Part shown: positions 38,648 through 48,322 of the stretch, piece by piece | Position numbering within the stretch: position 1 is the stretch's first letter | How the letters are laid out: every line of letters starts with the position of its first letter | Origin: an uncultured candidate division Zixibacteria bacterium | Lineage (GTDB): Bacteria; Zixibacteria; MSB-5A5; GN15; PGXB01 | Length of the DNA: 64,000 bases | Direction: 5' to 3' | Assembly (NCBI GenBank): GCA_963702205.1 | Contig: OY969724.1 | Location: 3,712,001 to 3,776,000, forward strand | Position numbers and translations under genes: made by a program | Notes under the pieces: model-generated | Databases searched by the model: none | Told to the model about the DNA's origin: nothing | The model's input: only the letters and a program-made list of their open reading frames with translations

Positions 38648-38729
38648 GTCGGGTTCCGAGTCTTCGAGAAACCCGACAAAAAGATGTCGGGTTTTTCATC
38701 CTGTAAACGGGATTCAGAACCCGACCTAC
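38644..38729. repeat. GTAG-type REP doublet (REPIN-like), copy 2
   Basis: GTAG-GTCGGGTT..AACCCGAC-AAAAAGAT-GTCGGGTT..AACCCGAC-CTAC. Confidence 0.8.
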
Positions 38730-38785
38730 TATTACTGTGGGCGACCCCGCAACCAGCATATTTGACCAAAACCCACAAAAACCTA

Positions 38786-38813
38786 TTGACAAATCGCGAA
38801 AACATCGTATAAT
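38786..38813 (+). promoter_or_regulatory. sigma70 promoter
   Basis: Perfect TTGACA-N16-TATAAT. Confidence 0.8.
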
Positions 38814-38821
38814 ATGGACAA

Positions 38822-38926
38822 ATGAAGTCTATCAAGTTAACATTTCGGAAGCCGACAACCAACAGCCTCGACATAACCGCCTGCTGCTGTTGTACTTCCT
38901 GCCGGGAGGCGGGGATGACGGCCTAA
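38822..38926 (+). CDS. poly-cysteine leader peptide (34 aa)
   Basis: MKSIKLTFRKPTTNSLDITACCCCTSCREAGMTA*, with TGC TGC TGT TGT at 38882-38893. Confidence 0.8.
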   Translation: MKSIKLTFRKPTTNSLDITACCCCTSCREAGMTA

Positions 38927-38951
38927 AATTACGGCTCATCGACGCTTACCG

Positions 38952-38976
38952 GCCCCGTCTATTTCGGGGCTTTTTT
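38952..38976 (+). terminator. attenuator terminator
   Basis: GCCCCG-TCTATTT-CGGGGC-TTTTTT, ending 14 nt before the CBS start codon. Confidence 0.8.
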
Positions 38977-38990
38977 ATTGGAGAAATTTT

Positions 38991-40022
38991 ATGAAATCAA
39001 ATGCCGTCCCAAAACACGACAAAATCACGGCGATTCGACCCCGGCCCTTTTATAAGGAGAGCATCGCCGATACCGTCGGCAACACGCCGCTGGTCCGGCT
39101 GCGCCACATGACCCGGAACCTCAGGGGCACCTTTCTGGTCAAACCGGAATTTCTGAATCCCTCGGGGTCGGTCAAAGACCGTATGGTCGTCTACGTTCTC
39201 GATGCCGCCGCAGCCGCAGGCGAACTCAAGCCCGGTGGCACAATTATCGAAGCGACGTCCGGCAACACTGGTGCGGCGGCGGCGATGTATGCCGCGGCCA
39301 ACGGCTACAAGGCCATCTTCACCATCCCGGACAAAATGTCCGACGAAAAAATCGACGCGCTAAAAGCGTTCGGAGCCGAGGTGCACGTCTGCCCGACCGC
39401 CGTCCCGCCCGATGATCCCCAAAGCTATTATGAAACCGCCAAACGTATTCACCGCGAAACACCGGGTTCATATTTTTTGGGCCAGTACGAAAACCAGAAA
39501 AATATCGAAGCTCATTACAGAAACACCGGCCCGGAAATCTGGGAACAAACCGAAGGTAAAATTACTATCCTGGTCGGCGGCATCGGTACCGGCGGCACTA
39601 TCTCCGGGACGGCTCGTTATCTGAAAGAACAAAATCCGGCTATACGAGTCGTCGCAGTCGATCCCGAAGGGTCGGTGTACTACGATCATTTCAAGAAAAA
39701 CGATCCTTCCGAGCCGCACCCCTATCTGGTCGAGGGAATCGGAGATGACATGCTCTGCCCCACGACCGATTTCAATGTAATCGACGAAATAATTCGCGTC
39801 TCCGACCGCGATTGCTTTCTGACCGCCCGCGAACTGGCCCGCACCGAGGGCATTCTCGGGGGAGGTTCCTCGGGCGGAGCGGTTTTCGCAGCCATGAAAT
39901 ACGCCCGTGCGAATATGTCTGCCGATGATATCGCCGTCATATTACTCCCCGACAGCGGCCTTAAGTACCTGAGTAAAATTTATTCCGACGCATGGATGCG
40001 CGAGAAGGGATTTATTGAATGA
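38991..40022 (+). CDS. cystathionine beta-synthase / cysteine synthase family protein (MccA-like)
   Basis: GNTPLV, NPSGSVKDR, EATSGNTG, GTGGT, YLVEGIG and PDSGLKYLSK. Confidence 0.9.
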   Translation: MKSNAVPKHDKITAIRPRPFYKESIADTVGNTPLVRLRHMTRNLRGTFLVKPEFLNPSGSVKDRMVVYVLDAAAAAGELKPGGTIIEATSGNTGAAAAMYAAANGYKAIFTIPDKMSDEKIDALKAFGAEVHVCPTAVPPDDPQSYYETAKRIHRETPGSYFLGQYENQKNIEAHYRNTGPEIWEQTEGKITILVGGIGTGGTISGTARYLKEQNPAIRVVAVDPEGSVYYDHFKKNDPSEPHPYLVEGIGDDMLCPTTDFNVIDEIIRVSDRDCFLTARELARTEGILGGGSSGGAVFAAMKYARANMSADDIAVILLPDSGLKYLSKIYSDAWMREKGFIE

Positions 40023-41185
40023 AGGATAAAAAGCATTTCAACACCCGCTCCGTCCATACCGGACGAGGATTCGACGGCGGCACCGGAGCCGTGACGACGC
40101 CGATATTCCAAACCTCGACCTATAAACTGGCCGCACCGGGCGATGATTCCGGCTATGTCTACAGCCGGACCGCCAACCCGACCCGCGCCGCCCTGGAGCA
40201 GTCTCTGGCCGATCTCGAAAACGGCGCGCACGGTTTCGCATTTGCCAGCGGTATGGCGGCGGTGAACACCGTCATGAACCTGCTTTCGGCGGGAGATCAT
40301 GTCGTTGTCGGTGATGATTTGTACGGCGGGTGTTTCAGACTATTCGATAAGGTCGCCAGTAAGTACAACATTGAATTTACGTGGGTCGACGGCCGCGATT
40401 CTTGCAATTTTGAGCGTGCCATTCAGGACAACACCAAGCTGCTCTGGCTGGAAACTCCGACCAATCCCCTGATCAGATTGTACGATATCGAGGCGGCGGC
40501 CTCGATAGCCCAAAAGGCCGGACTTCTTCTGGCGGTGGACAACACTTTCGCCACTCCGGCCATACAGAGGCCTTTGGAACTCGGCGCGGATATTGTGGTG
40601 CATTCACTGACGAAATATATCGGAGGGCACTGCGATACGGTCGGCGGAGCTATTGTCGTCAACGATGAATCTCTGGCTGAAAAGATCGGCTTCTATCAAA
40701 ACGCCGTCGGCGCCGTGCTCGGACCGTTCGATTCCTTTCTCGCTCTGCGTGGTCTCAAAACCCTGCCGCTTCGCATGGAGCGCCACAGTTATAATGCCCG
40801 CCAGATTACCGAATTTCTGGCGACCAGAAATGAAGTCAAAGAAGTGTACTATCCGGGGCTCGACGACTCCCCCCTGCCCAACCGCATGTCCGATACCGGG
40901 GGCATGGTCTCGTTCGTGCTCGATGCCGACCTCGAAACGGTCAGACGGTTTGTCATGTCGACCTCGGTTTTCATCCTGGCCGAATCGCTCGGCGGGGTGG
41001 AATCGCTGATCAACCACCCGGCCTCCATGACCCACGCCTCGATCCCGCCGGAAATTCGCCGCGAACGCGGCATCGACGACGGGCTCATTCGTTTATCCGT
41101 AGGATTGGAACATATAGATGATCTCATAATCGATCTGGAACAGGCCTTTCATTCAATAGAGAAAAACACGGTGCAGAAAAAATAA
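40019..41185 (+). CDS. cystathionine gamma-lyase/synthase (MccB/MetB family)
   Basis: YSRTANPT, FASGMAA, ETPTNP, DNTFATP, HSLTKYIGGH and AESLGGVESL. Confidence 0.9.
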   Translation: MKDKKHFNTRSVHTGRGFDGGTGAVTTPIFQTSTYKLAAPGDDSGYVYSRTANPTRAALEQSLADLENGAHGFAFASGMAAVNTVMNLLSAGDHVVVGDDLYGGCFRLFDKVASKYNIEFTWVDGRDSCNFERAIQDNTKLLWLETPTNPLIRLYDIEAAASIAQKAGLLLAVDNTFATPAIQRPLELGADIVVHSLTKYIGGHCDTVGGAIVVNDESLAEKIGFYQNAVGAVLGPFDSFLALRGLKTLPLRMERHSYNARQITEFLATRNEVKEVYYPGLDDSPLPNRMSDTGGMVSFVLDADLETVRRFVMSTSVFILAESLGGVESLINHPASMTHASIPPEIRRERGIDDGLIRLSVGLEHIDDLIIDLEQAFHSIEKNTVQKK

Positions 41186-41200
41186 ATCAGGAGAACGGTA

Positions 41201-42001
41201 ATGAACATCCATCTATTCGACGGGGTCGCATCGGAGTACACCACCGAAGTGTCACCTTACCGCCACGCCCAGTTTCTGGCTATGGTGCATGAAATGAAAC
41301 TCGACGGCACCGAGCACATCCTCGACATCGGGTGCGGTCCGGGGGTCTTGTCTCTGGAAGCGGCCGCGCGCCTTCCGAAAGGCCGTCTGACCGGGATCGA
41401 CCTGTCGCCCCGCATGCTCGACCTGGCCCGGGACCTTGCCAACAAAGCCGGTTATCGCAACGTCCGCTACGAACTCGGCGACGCCATGAACCTTAATTAC
41501 GCCGACGGCAAATTCGACTATGTGATGTCGTCCAACGCTTTTCCGTGGGTGAGTTCCCGGACCAAATTCCTGGCCGAGGTTCGGCGCGTACTGAAACCGG
41601 GCGGCCGCCTGGCTTTGGTTTCTTTATCGCAAATCGTGTATCGCGAATTTATTGAGGCCCTTTTGCATGTGGCGGATAAGTACCCGCAGTTGAGTGGTTT
41701 GAAGACCGACCCATATAGGGCCATGAAAGTTCGTCTGTATGACGTGGAAGGGCTGTCTGAAAAAGTTGCGTCGGCAGGTTTCGAAGTCAACCGTGGTTTT
41801 ATTTTGTCGACCGAGGAACCAATCACGCCCGCCGGTTATATCAAACGAGTCAATTCTGTCGTCAACGAGAATTACCTCGACAACCTCGACGACCGGATCA
41901 AAGAGGACATTCGCAATGAGATATTTCTGGCCCTGGCGCGCAAGAACGGAAATTTAAAGGTAACCGAATCATCGGTCTTCGTCTTCGCCCGCAAAAATTA
42001 G
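41201..42001 (+). CDS. class I SAM-dependent methyltransferase
   Basis: ILDIGCGPG, GIDLSP.ML and RVLKPGG. Located 15 nt after the lyase gene. Confidence 0.85.
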   Translation: MNIHLFDGVASEYTTEVSPYRHAQFLAMVHEMKLDGTEHILDIGCGPGVLSLEAAARLPKGRLTGIDLSPRMLDLARDLANKAGYRNVRYELGDAMNLNYADGKFDYVMSSNAFPWVSSRTKFLAEVRRVLKPGGRLALVSLSQIVYREFIEALLHVADKYPQLSGLKTDPYRAMKVRLYDVEGLSEKVASAGFEVNRGFILSTEEPITPAGYIKRVNSVVNENYLDNLDDRIKEDIRNEIFLALARKNGNLKVTESSVFVFARKN

Positions 42002-42008
42002 TACTGCT

Positions 42009-42722
42009 TTATTCCTTTTTCACCAGATCGAAAATGTCGACGATTCGAACCGGTTCGACATTATAGAAGCCCTGACCGTATTTGCATCCGGCCTGTTGAC
42101 CGAACGCGCGAACCATGGTTTCGAGCGACCAGATATAATCACGGGACTTTTCCGGATTCAGGAATTGTGATTCGTGACATTTGAGCGCTTCTATCCAGAC
42201 TTCAAAATGCGATGTGATATCAACCACAAAATTCGCGGCCATACCCGGCGGCAGGAAATAATGAAATATCTGCTTAACCCGATGCGGTTCGCCTTCGATA
42301 GGCATCTTTTTCAAAGTGGCGAAGTTGGCGGCGTTGATCGTAATCTGACCCGCCGCGACGTGATCCGGATGCGACTGGCGTTTTCCGTGCCCGATATGCG
42401 GAAACGGCGTCAAAATGATTTCCGGACGGTACCTGCGAATCAGGGCCGCCAGCTCCATGCGACGGTCATTGGTATCGAACAGGCCGCAATCGCCCCAGTC
42501 AAAGGTCTCAATCAGATCACTGCCCATGAGCTTGGCCGCCCTGGCGGCCTCTTTGGCCCGGATTTCGACCGTCCCACCGGTGCCCATCTCACCCTTCGTA
42601 AGATAGACGATGCCGGTTTTATATCCTCTCTGGTTAAGGTCAATCAGCACACCGCCCGTGCCGACTTCGACGTCGTCGGGGTGCGCCCCGATTGAAATCA
42701 GATCGTATTTTGAATCAGACAT
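42009..42722 (-). CDS. PIG-L family deacetylase, BshB1-like
   Basis: GAHPDDVE, LTKGEMGT, HPDH and HESQF. Confidence 0.85.
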   Translation of the reverse strand: MSDSKYDLISIGAHPDDVEVGTGGVLIDLNQRGYKTGIVYLTKGEMGTGGTVEIRAKEAARAAKLMGSDLIETFDWGDCGLFDTNDRRMELAALIRRYRPEIILTPFPHIGHGKRQSHPDHVAAGQITINAANFATLKKMPIEGEPHRVKQIFHYFLPPGMAANFVVDITSHFEVWIEALKCHESQFLNPEKSRDYIWSLETMVRAFGQQAGCKYGQGFYNVEPVRIVDIFDLVKKE

Positions 42723-42736
42723 ACAACCTCACAATT

Positions 42737-42770
42737 AAAAAAGCCGGATCAGTACTTAACTGCTCCGGCT
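42737..42770 (-). terminator. intrinsic terminator
   Basis: AGCCGGA...TCCGGCT with a T run on the minus strand, after 42796..44052. Confidence 0.65.
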
Positions 42771-42795
42771 CGAATTTGTTCCCTCGATTATTTCG

Positions 42796-44052
42796 TTATT
42801 GAGGTATCACGAAATGATCGCTGTGATATTTCAATATAATCGGCAGGATATCCCAGACATAAGCGTTCGGTCCCGGGTCAAAGCTGACGTCACCGCTATA
42901 TGACAGGGTGTCAAACGACGGTGTCCCCGGCACCTCGCCATAGGTCGTCGTAAGCAGATCGATAAAATCCTGAGTCTGTTCGTTAAAGCTGTAATTATCC
43001 CAAATTCTGGAATACATCAAAAAGACGTTGGTACTATCGAGGGCACCGCTGTAATCGGACAAAATATTCGGCATGTTGTTTTGCTGCCACAAACCCCACG
43101 GTACCGCGCTCACTTCTCCATCCGGTCCGAAGGGAAGATTTATCGCCACATCCGGCCCGAGCACGAAATTATCGAAATACGTGGTGGGATCATTGATGAC
43201 ACCGTCGGCGATCACAGAATCAATATACCCGGTATCATTGGGCGAAAAGGCCGTAGACGCCGCAAAAAACAGCGACTGAAGCGGTTTGTCAGTCTCAATG
43301 TCCATACTCGAGTAGTTGGCCGAACCGACTTCCGTCATAAGATTTCTGAACAGCGGAATAAACCCTCCGTTGCCGGAAGTCCCGTCAAAGTCAAGCGGTG
43401 CGGAAATGGCCGAAACGGAACTGAAACTCTCGCTGTACTTCAAGGCAATCCTCATTGCACCATAGCCGCCCATACCGATGCCGGAAATGGCCCGTGTGCC
43501 CCGATAGTCGTGCGGGCTGCTAAAATTCTTAAAGACATTCTCTCCGAATATAAAATAATCCAGTAGGGTACCGGCAGAATCCGTGAAATTAAGCGGATCA
43601 TTAATATTCCCAATGATTTCATCATATTTGCCGCCGGCCCAGGTATCACCGTAAAAACAACCGCCGAAATCGGTGGCACCGCTGACACATACGATTATCA
43701 TCGGGATTATTTCGCCGTCCGCAATCATTTTATCGGCGACCTCTTTAAGACCGTGATTGAAATAGAAGTGTTCATCGCTGCGAAAAGGTGTCAATAATAT
43801 AAGCATCGGCAAAGGTGATCCGGATTCAGGAAGGGTATAGCCGTAGGGTCTGTAAATCTGGAAGAAAATCGAATTCTGGCCAAACATCTGGTAGTCGAGT
43901 TGTCGAACATAATGCTCGTTCTGGGCATTAAGTACAACCCCGCCGGGATATTCAAGCAACGTCCCCACCGGATTGCCCCGATTGGAGCAACTTAAAAGGG
44001 CCGCACCGGCCATCAAGCTTATAATTAATATTGTAATTACGCTCTTCTTCAT
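42796..44052 (-). CDS. lipoprotein with esterase-like alpha/beta-hydrolase fold (nucleophile Ser replaced by Gly)
   Basis: Lipobox LLSC, IY.P.GY, PMIIV and RAISGIGMGGYGA. Confidence 0.7.
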   Translation of the reverse strand: MKKSVITILIISLMAGAALLSCSNRGNPVGTLLEYPGGVVLNAQNEHYVRQLDYQMFGQNSIFFQIYRPYGYTLPESGSPLPMLILLTPFRSDEHFYFNHGLKEVADKMIADGEIIPMIIVCVSGATDFGGCFYGDTWAGGKYDEIIGNINDPLNFTDSAGTLLDYFIFGENVFKNFSSPHDYRGTRAISGIGMGGYGAMRIALKYSESFSSVSAISAPLDFDGTSGNGGFIPLFRNLMTEVGSANYSSMDIETDKPLQSLFFAASTAFSPNDTGYIDSVIADGVINDPTTYFDNFVLGPDVAINLPFGPDGEVSAVPWGLWQQNNMPNILSDYSGALDSTNVFLMYSRIWDNYSFNEQTQDFIDLLTTTYGEVPGTPSFDTLSYSGDVSFDPGPNAYVWDILPIILKYHSDHFVIPQ

Positions 44053-44061
44053 CAGGTCCTC

Positions 44062-45573
44062 CTAAAACCGGTATGTAAAACCAAGGACGGTTTGAAATGT
44101 ATTGGCTTTGTACGAGCCGGGAAAATTGTCCATCACGTTGTCCCCGTTGACGTCATCCAGACCCGAAACCGTAAGGTTCGGCTGGTGAGTGTACGTTCCG
44201 GCAATCTCTACTCTCCACACTTCAATATCGAAAGACAAACCGGCGCTTACTATATAGGCATCACCCAGATCAACGAAATGGGGCGTTAACGTCGTTTCGG
44301 AAGCAGGCGACTGATCGAACGCGAAGCCTGCTCTTGCCTGCGTATAATTATTGACCTGATAATTGGCCCCGGCCATGATTTTAATCGTATTATCCCATTT
44401 AACCGGGTAGCTGACGCCATGCTGCATCAGGGAATCACTAAAATAGTGGAAGGATGCAAAAGTGGTATCACTGCTGAAAATTCCGTTGTAATTGCTCTGT
44501 TTAAACTCAAAGCCCTTGAATTGGGACCAGAAGACGTATTCGAAATCCGCGGCCAAAAGAAGCTTTTCGCTAAACTGATAGGATATGCCTCCGCCCAATA
44601 CGGCCGGAACGTCGACTTCCGTCTTGAAATCATACGTGTTTTTGAAATTTTCACCGGCAAAAAAGTGATATTGCTCCGTGACCGGAGTCCAGAGAGTGTT
44701 ATTGGCCAGCAACGAGGCATCGTCACCCATATAAAAGGTTGACGCTCCGGAACCATCGACGGTAATGGAAGTTTTGCCGCTGAATGTCAGACCGACTTTG
44801 GTTTTTTCGTTCAGGGCGTACATCAGGCCAATTCTGTAACTTGGGCCGTAACCGTTACCATCGACTTCATACCATTCGGGGATTCTTTCATACGGGCGTT
44901 GAATATAGGATGCATAATCCGGGCTGTCGAGAAGGGTATTACGCCGCAATACAAGATCTGAAAATTTCAGGTCCACTCTTCTCAAGCCGATTCCCACGCC
45001 GATGGAAAGATCATCTTCCATGAACGTCCGGGCCGCTGTAAACAGGGCATCGACGACGTCGAGATTATTGTAAAACTGTCTCGTACCAAGATCACGTAAT
45101 CCATACACTTCGGTTCCGTCAAAACCAAAAACCGTGGTCCAGTCGAGATTGCGGTCGAAAGATTGTATTATGGAAAACCCGAACACCATCTCGTTCTCGG
45201 CGACCGGCAGGCGAATCAAAGCACCCACCTGAGGCACGTTATTAATGGCGTGTTTATTGGGTATACTGATATCGTTGAAATAACCCGAGGCGAATTGATT
45301 ACCCCACTTGAATTCGGGTGTTACGGAATAGCGATCGTGGAAAAACGCGACGTCGCCCGACAGCATATTGTCCTGAATCCAGCCATATCCCGCCGGATTA
45401 TAATAGGCCGCCGACCAATCGTCCGCCACCGCCCGAAAGGCACCGCCCATGCCCTGCGCTTTGACACCGATACCATTAAATGTAAAGCCGCTGCCATAGG
45501 CGCTTGATATGGCCAACAACAAAATGAACAATGATGCGGCCGCGTACCTCTTATGACCCATTCTCTTCTCCAT
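44062..45573 (-). CDS. OmpP1/FadL-family outer-membrane transporter
   Basis: GMGGAFRAVADDWSAAYYNPAG, RAGFAFDQSP and a C-terminal YRF. Confidence 0.85.
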   Translation of the reverse strand: MEKRMGHKRYAAASLFILLLAISSAYGSGFTFNGIGVKAQGMGGAFRAVADDWSAAYYNPAGYGWIQDNMLSGDVAFFHDRYSVTPEFKWGNQFASGYFNDISIPNKHAINNVPQVGALIRLPVAENEMVFGFSIIQSFDRNLDWTTVFGFDGTEVYGLRDLGTRQFYNNLDVVDALFTAARTFMEDDLSIGVGIGLRRVDLKFSDLVLRRNTLLDSPDYASYIQRPYERIPEWYEVDGNGYGPSYRIGLMYALNEKTKVGLTFSGKTSITVDGSGASTFYMGDDASLLANNTLWTPVTEQYHFFAGENFKNTYDFKTEVDVPAVLGGGISYQFSEKLLLAADFEYVFWSQFKGFEFKQSNYNGIFSSDTTFASFHYFSDSLMQHGVSYPVKWDNTIKIMAGANYQVNNYTQARAGFAFDQSPASETTLTPHFVDLGDAYIVSAGLSFDIEVWRVEIAGTYTHQPNLTVSGLDDVNGDNVMDNFPGSYKANTFQTVLGFTYRF

Positions 45574-45841
45574 TTATTCTTAAAAACTAATATTTAACTT
45601 TTTATCCCCGCCCAATCCTCAACAGACAAAGGCGATTTTACCCGTTGCCGTAAACCGGCCTAAACCTCCGTAAAGGTTTGTGATACAAAGATGAAAAACT
45701 ACAATAAGGCCGCCCATTTGTCAAGTCCTCTGGCGAAAAATCGCCAATTATACGTGGAAACATCGATTTACCTATCCACCGAAGTTTATGACGAATAGAT
45801 TCTGCATTTTGAGCAATGAAATCGGATGTCAAATGCTGCGC

Positions 45842-47365
45842 TCAGCGCCAAATCGCATCCGTCTCGACACGAGCCGGGTAATAACCGGTTCGGGCCGATC
45901 GTCTGGCATGGAAATCGGCCAGGGCGCCTGATGTTGTCAAAGACAAATAATAATCGATTGCCCCATTTTCGCCCAAAAGTGCCAGACATTTATAAAAATC
46001 ATCACGCGCCGATTCATAATTCTCCAAAACGTAATTCTGGAACCCTTCGATGGCGTACGGAAGCGCCCGGCCGAACTGCCCGGCCCGGCAGGCCCGTGAA
46101 ATTACATGACGATCGTTCAGGTTTTGAAACCGGAAGAACATCTGTGGAAAGTCGACCAGCGTATATTTACCATTATTCAGATTTTCCGCGATCAGGCTGA
46201 GATAATCCGTTATCGGCCCGGGGCGTCCGTCGTGCAAAGCCGCAGCTGAAATTATCTTGCCGTTCAATTGATCGAATTCGGCCGAGCACACCCAGTTGGA
46301 ATAGCCGCACATAATGGAATTATCGTCGGCCACGTCCACGGCTCCGCACAAATGGCTGATCTCATGAACCATTAGCTGTCCGATTTGCATCGCCCGGAAT
46401 TGATCGTAATCGTGTCCCGGGGTCTTTAGAGCGGTGATAACGGCCAGCCGGTGACCGACGTCCGTCACGCCGACCTGAACCGTCTTATTGCTGATAAATA
46501 ACTTTTCCGGGTCGGTGGGCTGGAAAACCAGCAATCGCATCGGACCCTGCTTGGTCTTGATCCGCCCCCGGATAAGATCAAAAATCGCCTCCGTGTTTTC
46601 CAGAGATGTCGGTTTGAGTTCGACTTTATTCGTATTCAGAATTTTAAGTGCAAACCCAAAACGACGAGAAAAAACATGAGACGCATAATCCAGGGCCATT
46701 TCAATATCAGGGTCGATTTCGTCGGCGTAAATTTCAATATCGAACGCTCGGCTGGCTGATTCCTGTTTTCGTTCCACCGACGGTAGTCCCGATAGCAGCT
46801 CCTCGATCTGGCGCATAAAAACGAAATTCGGCAGTTCCTTCGGTTGTTCATCAAGTTTCAGACCTTCAAATTGCAGCCAGTTGTCTCGGCTTGTAACTGA
46901 AATCGGCTTTGATTCAAACACCGCCCCACCGGCTTTGGCGTCTTTTATCGTCAGCCGCAGATTTGACGAAATATCGATATCTGCAAATGGCCATTTCAGG
47001 CTGTCATTTAAATGAGGCGCATCGGACAGGTGGCACTTGATTATACCGGATACTTCGGCTATATAAGAGGGGCCGGTGTCCTGCAATGCGCTGTCCGCCC
47101 GGTCCATTTCGGGCAGGGTGAGGGAATCAACCGCCGTCGCATTCCATCCTTTTTTCCAGAAAAAGAATTCCAGGTGAGAAATCAGGCACCGTCTTAAACC
47201 CCGGAAGAGAAAAGGATCGTCTGTACCCGTGATGGATATCTTCAATTCAATGGTAACCTTGCCCGGCAGGATTACCGAATCAGGCGCCTGGCTCCGGGCC
47301 GTATTGACGGCCGTAAGCGCGACGGACACAACTACTAAGAGCCGGATTATTGAACGGTAGGACAT
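45842..47365 (-). CDS. secreted metzincin-like zinc metalloprotease domain protein
   Basis: HEISHLCGAVD (HExxHxxGxxD), followed by an SIM Met-turn. Signal peptide. Confidence 0.6.
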   Translation of the reverse strand: MSYRSIIRLLVVVSVALTAVNTARSQAPDSVILPGKVTIELKISITGTDDPFLFRGLRRCLISHLEFFFWKKGWNATAVDSLTLPEMDRADSALQDTGPSYIAEVSGIIKCHLSDAPHLNDSLKWPFADIDISSNLRLTIKDAKAGGAVFESKPISVTSRDNWLQFEGLKLDEQPKELPNFVFMRQIEELLSGLPSVERKQESASRAFDIEIYADEIDPDIEMALDYASHVFSRRFGFALKILNTNKVELKPTSLENTEAIFDLIRGRIKTKQGPMRLLVFQPTDPEKLFISNKTVQVGVTDVGHRLAVITALKTPGHDYDQFRAMQIGQLMVHEISHLCGAVDVADDNSIMCGYSNWVCSAEFDQLNGKIISAAALHDGRPGPITDYLSLIAENLNNGKYTLVDFPQMFFRFQNLNDRHVISRACRAGQFGRALPYAIEGFQNYVLENYESARDDFYKCLALLGENGAIDYYLSLTTSGALADFHARRSARTGYYPARVETDAIWR

Positions 47366-47434
47366 GATCTTTATACGGCATTATTAAGCAAAAATGCTTG
47401 AAAATCAAGAGCCAACCGGGTATAATTACATCCT

Positions 47435-48286
47435 ATGAATAAAAATATGGCTTACATATTAATTTTGCTGACGGCTCTTATAATCATCGGTTGCGGTACT
47501 ACCAAAGACCTTGAAACTTTGAAGAGTGAAGGTCAGGCCGCGCTGGATGAGGGCAAAAGTGACCTCGCCATCAGCATTTTCAGAGAGGCCTACAATCAAG
47601 CTCCGTCGGACCGCGACGCCATTGTCGGGCTGGCTTCTGCCTTTGAAAAGGCCCTTCTTACCGATTCGGCCTATTATTACTACAGAAAAGCCAAAGTGCT
47701 TTATAAGAGCGACCGTGAAGTCAACCGCAAGCTGTTGCAGCTCGCGCCCGGCTTCAAAGATTACGACGTCGCCTTCAGGGCCATCGCAGCGATGGTGAAT
47801 ACCGGAGACAATGAAAAACTGTATTGGCCACAACTGGCCGAATTATTTTACATGGACAAGCAGTACCATGAGGCCGCGAAATACTACAGTCTGATGATCG
47901 AAGATGATTCGAGCAACGCCTATAACTACCTGTCGTTGGCCGGGGTACTGGCCCTCGGACAAAGACCCGACGAAGCTAATAAAATATTGTTAAAAGCTGT
48001 GGAAAAGTTTGGGCCGAGGCCGGAATATTACACGAATATCGCGGTCAATTATGCCAATCAATCTAAATTCAAAGATGCGGAGAAATATTTCCGGCTGAGC
48101 CTGGAGCTGAATCATGACAATGTTCCGACCTGGATAAATCTGGCCAACGTTCTGACGGCACAAAAAAGCCGCGACAAAAAACTGGAAGCGCTGCAAATAT
48201 ACAAAACATACAAAGATCAGACCCCGGCCTTTTATAATCTGGATTCGGTTATCGCCGGACTACAAACGGAACTTGGTGTACAATAA
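47435..48286 (+). CDS. TPR-repeat lipoprotein
   Basis: Lipobox IIGC and TPR-like helical repeats. Confidence 0.8.
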   Translation: MNKNMAYILILLTALIIIGCGTTKDLETLKSEGQAALDEGKSDLAISIFREAYNQAPSDRDAIVGLASAFEKALLTDSAYYYYRKAKVLYKSDREVNRKLLQLAPGFKDYDVAFRAIAAMVNTGDNEKLYWPQLAELFYMDKQYHEAAKYYSLMIEDDSSNAYNYLSLAGVLALGQRPDEANKILLKAVEKFGPRPEYYTNIAVNYANQSKFKDAEKYFRLSLELNHDNVPTWINLANVLTAQKSRDKKLEALQIYKTYKDQTPAFYNLDSVIAGLQTELGVQ

Positions 48287-48322
48287 AATTGCGGCCTTGT
48301 CCCGATTTGCGTCTATAATTTT

